A stretch of DNA of 64,000 nucleotides from NCBI GenBank assembly GCA_964421015.1, contig CAYQUS010000003.1, positions 41,269 through 105,268 on the forward strand, given 5' to 3'. The notes beneath the pieces were generated by a model. The model did not search any database, was not told the DNA's origin, and saw only the letters and a program-made list of their open reading frames with translations. The position numbers and the translations under genes are program-made. The DNA is from an uncultured Planctomycetia bacterium (GTDB taxonomy: Bacteria > Omnitrophota > Gorgyraeia > Tantalellales > Tantalellaceae). Shown piece by piece: positions 59,047-64,000 of this stretch (position 1 is the stretch's first letter; each line of letters begins with the position of its first letter).

Positions 59047-59505
59047 ATGGCGGAACACATAAAACCTATCATAACCAATAGAGAAGCTTCCCGGGATTTT
59101 CACCTTGAAAAGGCCTACGAGGCCGGAATACAGCTTAGAGGAGACGAGGTAAAATCCATAAGGGCCGGCAAGGCCAATCTTAAGGGAAGTTTTGCCAGGG
59201 TCGAGGGTAACGAGATATTTGTTTACGGTATGCATGTTACCCCTTATAAGTTCGCCAGGGAAGAACATGATCCCGTAAGGCCCAGAAAACTTCTCCTTAA
59301 CGGTTACGAGATAAAGCATATAGCCGCTAAGCTGACGCGTGAGGGGTATACGCTTGTCCCCACTAAAGTTTACTTCAGGAGAAGCTACGCCAAGATGGAG
59401 ATAGCTTTGGCGAAAGGCAAAAAGCTTCACGACAAAAGGGCCGCCATAAAAGAAAGACAGGCCAACAGGGAAATACAGAAAGCCCTAAGGCATAAAAACA
59501 GATAG
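59047..59505 (+). CDS. smpB: SsrA-binding protein SmpB
   Basis: 152 aa. 'RDFHLEKAYEAGIQLRGDEVKSIRAGKANLKGSFARVEGNEIFVYGMHVTPY', a typical SmpB sequence. RBS gaggg. Immediately upstream of tmRNA. Confidence 0.9.
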   Translation: MAEHIKPIITNREASRDFHLEKAYEAGIQLRGDEVKSIRAGKANLKGSFARVEGNEIFVYGMHVTPYKFAREEHDPVRPRKLLLNGYEIKHIAAKLTREGYTLVPTKVYFRRSYAKMEIALAKGKKLHDKRAAIKERQANREIQKALRHKNR

Positions 59506-59608
59506 CGTTCTTTGAAATATAAGTTCCGGATCAAAAACATGAATACAAAGGTCGAGGGCGAGCGGTAATACCGATGGAGCGAGCCCGAAGACCTTTTGCG
59601 TACTAGAG

Positions 59609-59989
59609 GGGGGTGACAGGCCTCGACATGTTCTTTTGGTCAAGGGGCAGCATGCAGAGGTTTCAGGAGGCCTCTTTAAACACCTGAAACAAAATAAACG
59701 CAGACTACGATCCAGTAGCCGAAGCCGAGTCTATCTTGGCTGAGGGAGCGTTAAATGTTCCTGCTTTAGCGGGGACTGGTTCCTTAGTAAGCGCCTTGGC
59801 GTACTAAGAGAACCCAACTAACAAGGACTCCCGGGGGGATGTCTCCTAATCCCGGGAGTATCAGGAGACCGCTCCGGGCGGGGCCCAGTTTACCGGACTC
59901 TCCCGGCTAAGACTAAAGGTAAGCTAAGCATGTAGATACTCCTCGGTCAGGGTTCATGGACCCGGGTTCGAATCCCGGCACCTCCACCA
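59609..59989 (+). ncRNA. ssrA: tmRNA (ssrA), one-piece
   Basis: 5' GGGGGUGACAGGCCUCGAC pairs with the 3' end to give an acceptor stem with the G3:U wobble (Ala identity). 3' end ..GGGUUCGAAUCCCGGCACCUCCACCA (T-arm + CCA). Internal 'GCUAAGCAUGUAGAUACUCCUCGG' matches the conserved tRNA-like domain. Immediately follows smpB. Candidate tag frame resumes at GCA 59700 and stops at TAA 59805-59807. Confidence 0.85.
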
Positions 59990-59998
59990 CAATTGGCC

Positions 59999-60037
59999 AA
60001 AAAGCAGGATTCCGAAGGAATCCTGCTTTTTGTTCTT
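59999..60037 (+). terminator. Rho-independent terminator after tmRNA
   Basis: 'aaaaagcaggattcc' gaa 'ggaatcctgcttttt' followed by gttctt. Confidence 0.75.
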
Positions 60038-60130
60038 ATAGGTTCCCTCGAGGCCAAATGTGTCCCCCTTCCCCTGTTAGTTTTGTTCTATTCAACAGCG
60101 TCACAGGACAAAACAAGGGGGGACTAAATC

Positions 60131-60323
60131 AAAACACTTTGGTGCCAGGCACTTTGTCCGGGTTTTTGTGCCAGGCACCTCGCTTTATACTTTCCTCTTG
60201 AGGCCAAATGTGTCCCCCTTCCCCTGATTTACTCGCTGCCCCCTCGCGGTGCTCGGGGACAGTTCGACCAAGCTGTTTCATTTCACTTCGTTCATGAAAC
60301 AGCGGTCTCACTGCCAGGCACCC
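60131..60323 (-). repeat. MITE-like ~190-bp element, copy B (inverted relative to copy A)
   Basis: Reverse complement aligns end-to-end with 57859-58049. Partial extra copies of its core lie at 58838-58912 and 60048-60100. Confidence 0.85.
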
Positions 60324-60468
60324 CGCTTTAAACTTTTCTCTTGAGGCTGAATCAATCCCCCCCTTTATTTACTCACTATGTTCGTAAATCAATCCAGGGG
60401 GGATTGCCCAAAATTTGCCTTTTCCTGTTGTGGGGGGTATGCTTTTGGGATAATAAAGAGAGGAAACG

Positions 60469-61179
60469 ATGAAAAAGAGTATCACGGCAGCAATTTTATT
60501 GGTGTTTTATATGTCTTTATGCTCGGTTGTTTGCGGCCAAGATCCCGACAAAAGCGCCGAAGCGGACGAAAATAGTGCCGGGATAATTTCAGCGATAAAT
60601 GACAAGGCCGATAGCATAAACACTTTTAAAGCAAACGTTATTACAACGGTTACTAAGGGAGCGGAAAAAACCGTCACAGAAGCTAAAATCATCTTTGAAA
60701 AACCAGGCAGATCCAATATGCAGGGATCGACATCGGCGTTCATTAACGGCACGTTAGTAAGGAAAGACATCGAACAGGCTATAATCTCGAACGGGGAAAT
60801 ACTCTGGCACTATATTCCGGCAATGAGAATGGCGGCAAAAGTATCTTTAAACGCGAATAGTTCGGCGCCCATAGGGAACGAGCTTGCGGCTCCATTTTAT
60901 GGGCTCGATAAGAACTCCCTTGTTTTCATCGGCATGGACATAGCGGATGATCAGGTGTGTTATGTCATCGAAGGAGAGAGAAAAGACTTTGTCAGGCCGT
61001 TTAAAAAAATGTATTTTAACGTCAGAACCAATTTGTTATGCAAACAAATAAGCCGGGATATAGCCTCTACGAATGTAGAAGAAATCACATATAAGGGCGT
61101 GGATATAAACGTGCCGGTTTCTGATGAAGATTTCACATTTGTCGTGCCGGCCGGGGTACAGGTCAGAGAGGCCCGCTGA
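60469..61179 (+). CDS. Secreted protein, LolA/outer-membrane-lipoprotein-carrier-like fold (function uncertain)
   Basis: Signal peptide 'MKKSITAAILLVFYMSLCSVVCGQ'. RBS agagagga. Beta-rich ~210 aa mature region. Confidence 0.4.
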   Translation: MKKSITAAILLVFYMSLCSVVCGQDPDKSAEADENSAGIISAINDKADSINTFKANVITTVTKGAEKTVTEAKIIFEKPGRSNMQGSTSAFINGTLVRKDIEQAIISNGEILWHYIPAMRMAAKVSLNANSSAPIGNELAAPFYGLDKNSLVFIGMDIADDQVCYVIEGERKDFVRPFKKMYFNVRTNLLCKQISRDIASTNVEEITYKGVDINVPVSDEDFTFVVPAGVQVREAR

Positions 61180-61287
61180 AAATTTACAGGTTTGGGATGA
61201 AAACCAGAAACGTTGATAGACTTAGAGCGATTTTTTAATTATGATAGGGAGTTAAGCAAGGCTTTTTAAGGGGCAAGGAGGAATGCC

Positions 61288-62094
61288 ATGCAAGAAATTT
61301 ACGGCAAAGTTCATGTGTACATAATGACGTACGGGCTAAACGCCATAGCGGCAGTACTGATATTCTTTGTGGGTAAGTGGCTGGCCGGTCACGCGGCCAA
61401 TCTGCTGGAGATACTGATGCATAAAGCCAAGGTAGACCGCATACTTTCGTCTTTCGCCAAGAACATGACCTACATGATGCTTCTGGCATTCGTGGCGATA
61501 GCGGCTCTTAGTAAGCTTGGCGTCCAGACAACGTCTCTTGTCGCTCTGGTAGGCGCGGCGGGGTTGGCTGTAGGTCTTGCTCTTCAGGGATCTTTGGCTA
61601 ATTTCTCGGCGGGCGTGATACTGATAATATTCAAACCTTTCAGCGTGGGGGATTTTGTGGAAGCCGGCGGATCGGCCGGTACGGTGGAAGAAGTGCAGAT
61701 ATTCAACACCATACTTACGGCTCCGGATAACCGGAGGATAGTAGTGCCTAATTCCAAAGTAACCGGGGACTCGATAACTAATTTCACCGGGATAGGAAAA
61801 AGAAGGATAGACCTTGTATTTGGCATTTCCTACGGGGACGACATGAAGAAGGCGAAAGAAACCCTTCTGGCGCTTGTGAATTCAGATCCCAGGGTGCTTA
61901 AGGACCCGCTTCCTGTAGTTGCAGTCGCGGAACTTGGCGACAGCAGCGTTAACCTTGTGTGCCGTCCGTGGGTCAAGCCGGCCGATTACTGGGATGTGCG
62001 TTTTAGTATGATAGAACAAGGAAAAACAAAACTTGAGGCAGCGGGCATTACCATACCTTTTCCGCAAAGAGATGTCTATGTCCACCAGAGGTAA
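61288..62094 (+). CDS. mscS: Small-conductance mechanosensitive channel (MscS family)
   Basis: Three N-terminal TM helices then 'IIFKPFSVGDFVEAGGSAGTVEEVQIFNTILTAPDNRRIVVPNSKV', the conserved MscS beta-domain. RBS aaggagg. Confidence 0.8.
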   Translation: MQEIYGKVHVYIMTYGLNAIAAVLIFFVGKWLAGHAANLLEILMHKAKVDRILSSFAKNMTYMMLLAFVAIAALSKLGVQTTSLVALVGAAGLAVGLALQGSLANFSAGVILIIFKPFSVGDFVEAGGSAGTVEEVQIFNTILTAPDNRRIVVPNSKVTGDSITNFTGIGKRRIDLVFGISYGDDMKKAKETLLALVNSDPRVLKDPLPVVAVAELGDSSVNLVCRPWVKPADYWDVRFSMIEQGKTKLEAAGITIPFPQRDVYVHQR

Positions 62095-62127
62095 TTCAAA
62101 GCCACAAAGGCCCGTCGTTAAAGTATC

Positions 62128-64000
62128 ATGGCATTAGTAGGTTTATACGAGATCTCACTGTCTTTCGGTTCTACGCTTATTTTTGATGAGCTGAGCCTTG
62201 AGCTGGAAGACGGTCAGAGGGTAGCCTTGCTTGGGCGTAACGGCGCCGGGAAGACCACTATGATGAAGGTCATCGCCGGAGAGGCCGAGGTCGATAAAGG
62301 CAAGGTGGTCTATCAGAAAGGCGTAAAGGTAGCCCTTCTTCCGCAGGAAGTCCCTACAGGTATGAAAGGCAGTGTTTTTGACATTGTCCTTTCAGGACTC
62401 GGAGGGGAAGTGAAGCTTCTGGCGGATTATCATCAGATAGCTCGCCGTTTAGAGACCGAACAATCTTCGGAACTAATGCGTCAGTTGGGGATCCTGCAGG
62501 CCCAGATAGATCATATGGGCGGGTGGGACCTGAACAGCCGCGTCGAGTACGTGATCTCTCGGATGAAGCTCGATCCGGAAAGCGATTTTGATGAGTTATC
62601 CGGCGGGCAGAAAAGGCGGGCTCTTCTGGCCCGGGCGCTTGTTATCCAGCCCGATATCCTTCTTTTGGATGAACCCACAAATCATCTGGATATAGATTCC
62701 ATAGAGTGGCTTGAAGGTTTTTTAAGAGAATATCCCGGAACGGTTTTTTTTGTAACGCATGACCGCGCGTTCATGACCCGTCTTGCCAATCGTATTGTGG
62801 AGCTCGACCGGGGCAAAATATACAGCTGGGAATGTGATTACAGGACTTTTCTTGAGAGAAAGAAGGCTCTGGAGGAAAATGAGGCCGCCCAGTGGGCCAA
62901 TTTTGACAAAAAACTCGCCAAAGAAGAGATATGGATAAGACAGGGGGTTAAAGCCCGGAGATGCCGTGAGGAGGGTAGGGTTAAGGCCCTGGAACGGTTG
63001 AGGGAAGAGAAGAAGAACCAGCGCAAGGCTTTGGGACTGGTTCAGATGAAACTTCAGGAAACCGGCATGTCTGGGCATATAGTGGTAAAGGCGGTAAAAT
63101 TAAATTTCAGCTACGGCGGCAAAACTATAATCCGCGATTTTTCCACAAAAATAATGCGGCGGGATAAAATCGGTCTTATAGGTCCTAATGGCAGCGGAAA
63201 AACAACCCTGATCAAAATACTTTTAGGCGAACTGGTTCCTCTTTCCGGCAAGGTCAGGCAGGGGACCAACCTTGAGATAGCTTATTACGACCAGCTGAGG
63301 GAACAGCTTGATGAGGAAAAGACTATCGCCGAAAATATTTCCAGCGTAAATGATACCGTTATGTTCAACGGCAAGCCCCGGCACATAATAGGATATCTTC
63401 AGGGGTTTCTTTTTTCTCCTGAGAGGATCCGAACACAGGTGAAATTGCTTTCCGGAGGAGAGAGGAATCGGCTCCTTCTCGCCAAGCTTTTCTCTAAGCC
63501 TTCAAATTTTCTGGCAATGGACGAACCCACTAATGATCTGGATATAGAGACGCTCGAACTTTTAGAAGAGGTCCTTCTGGATTATCCCGGAACGCTTATC
63601 CTTGTCAGCCACGACAGGACTTTCCTTAATAACGTGGTCACTTCGACTATGGTGATAGAAAAGAATGGAGAGATAAACGAATACCCGGGAGGGTATGATG
63701 ATTGGCTCAATCTACGGCCTGTCCCTGTAACAGAGATCAAGTCGAAAGTTACCGCCGAAAAAAAGAATACTAAGTCCGTTAAGAAAGAGTCTCACCGCAA
63801 AATGACCTTTAACGAGAAAAAAGAATTAACAGAGATCGCCTCAAAGATAGAACACCTTGAAGAAGAACAGAAGAGAGTCTTCGCTAAGCTAGCTGACGGC
63901 AGTTTCTATCAAAAATTCCCCGAAGAGGTGGCTAAAACCAAGGCAAGGGCCGCGGAACTGGAAAAGGAGATACTTGCCGCTTGCGACCGGTGGGAATATC
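62128..64000 (+). CDS. ABC-F family ATPase (Uup/YheS/EttA-like, two ABC domains + coiled-coil), 3' end beyond window
   Basis: Walker A 'GRNGAGKTT' (62230) and second 'GPNGSGKTT' (~63185). Signatures 'LSGGQKRRALLARAL' and 'LSGGERNRLLLAKL'. No TM domain. The ORF is open to the window edge, so it is absent from the ORF track. Confidence 0.7.
   Translation, partial: MALVGLYEISLSFGSTLIFDELSLELEDGQRVALLGRNGAGKTTMMKVIAGEAEVDKGKVVYQKGVKVALLPQEVPTGMKGSVFDIVLSGLGGEVKLLADYHQIARRLETEQSSELMRQLGILQAQIDHMGGWDLNSRVEYVISRMKLDPESDFDELSGGQKRRALLARALVIQPDILLLDEPTNHLDIDSIEWLEGFLREYPGTVFFVTHDRAFMTRLANRIVELDRGKIYSWECDYRTFLERKKALEENEAAQWANFDKKLAKEEIWIRQGVKARRCREEGRVKALERLREEKKNQRKALGLVQMKLQETGMSGHIVVKAVKLNFSYGGKTIIRDFSTKIMRRDKIGLIGPNGSGKTTLIKILLGELVPLSGKVRQGTNLEIAYYDQLREQLDEEKTIAENISSVNDTVMFNGKPRHIIGYLQGFLFSPERIRTQVKLLSGGERNRLLLAKLFSKPSNFLAMDEPTNDLDIETLELLEEVLLDYPGTLILVSHDRTFLNNVVTSTMVIEKNGEINEYPGGYDDWLNLRPVPVTEIKSKVTAEKKNTKSVKKESHRKMTFNEKKELTEIASKIEHLEEEQKRVFAKLADGSFYQKFPEEVAKTKARAAELEKEILAACDRWEY

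Noticed and set aside
59956-60201. 81-aa ORF overlapping the 3' end of tmRNA and its terminator
   Set aside because: It starts inside the tmRNA T-arm (translation 'MDPGSNPGTSTT' is just the GGGTTCGAATCCCGG..CCACCA sequence) and runs through repeats, so it is spurious.
57857-60460. Insertion sequence / transposon
   Set aside because: No transposase or integrase ORF is present. The terminal inverted repeats belong to ~190-bp non-coding MITE-like units, not to an autonomous IS.

Overview
The window is a 64 kb bacterial segment, all read from the sequence and ORF track without tools. Its first ~39.7 kb is three consecutive same-strand giant genes: a 5'-truncated ORF of at least 5775 aa (2..17329), a 4131 aa ORF (17802..30197) and a 3043 aa ORF (30547..39678). 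Each has its own near-consensus sigma70-type promoter, and the two genes whose N-termini lie in the window have signal peptides. Each is a mosaic of hydrophobic and beta-rich regions with recognisable metabolic-enzyme domains. I read the following from the translations: a ComEA-like HhH module, PEP-utilizing-enzyme phospho-His and TIM-barrel domains, a complete Glu/Leu/Phe/Val dehydrogenase domain, a uridine-kinase-like P-loop and an HD domain. There is also a pyruvate-phosphate-dikinase-type ATP-grasp plus phospho-His domain, and a fused sugar-1-P nucleotidyltransferase / phosphohexomutase / type-I phosphomannose isomerase set. ORF2 and ORF3 share a paralogous ~450 aa N-terminal domain with Tiki/TraB/GumN-like motifs. 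The C-terminal enzymatic half of ORF3 is duplicated just downstream as two overlapping ordinary genes (40041..41699 NTP-transferase; 41683..44529 PMM-PMI fusion). The giant genes end in a 43-nt perfect palindrome (3 copies). Downstream lie: (i) a carbohydrate-uptake locus (two ABC permeases, a discoidin-domain glycosidase lipoprotein, two paralogous secreted beta-sandwich proteins, a GH-A clan glycosidase, a ROK regulator and a solute-binding lipoprotein); (ii) a convergent outer-membrane beta-barrel gene; (iii) an ArnT-like GT-C + ArnC-like GT2 + YdjC-deacetylase cassette, matching the lgmABC / flmF2-naxD-flmK aminosugar lipid-modification logic; (iv) a ~2.6 kb repeat-dense island holding tRNA-Leu(CAG), smpB and tmRNA (ssrA), bracketed by inverted ~190 bp MITE-like elements; (v) a LolA-like secreted protein, MscS, and a 3'-truncated ABC-F ATPase. 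The giant multi-enzyme exported or membrane proteins are the most novel feature. The size and organisation recall giant genes reported from uncultivated lineages such as Omnitrophota, but that taxonomic link is inference only.
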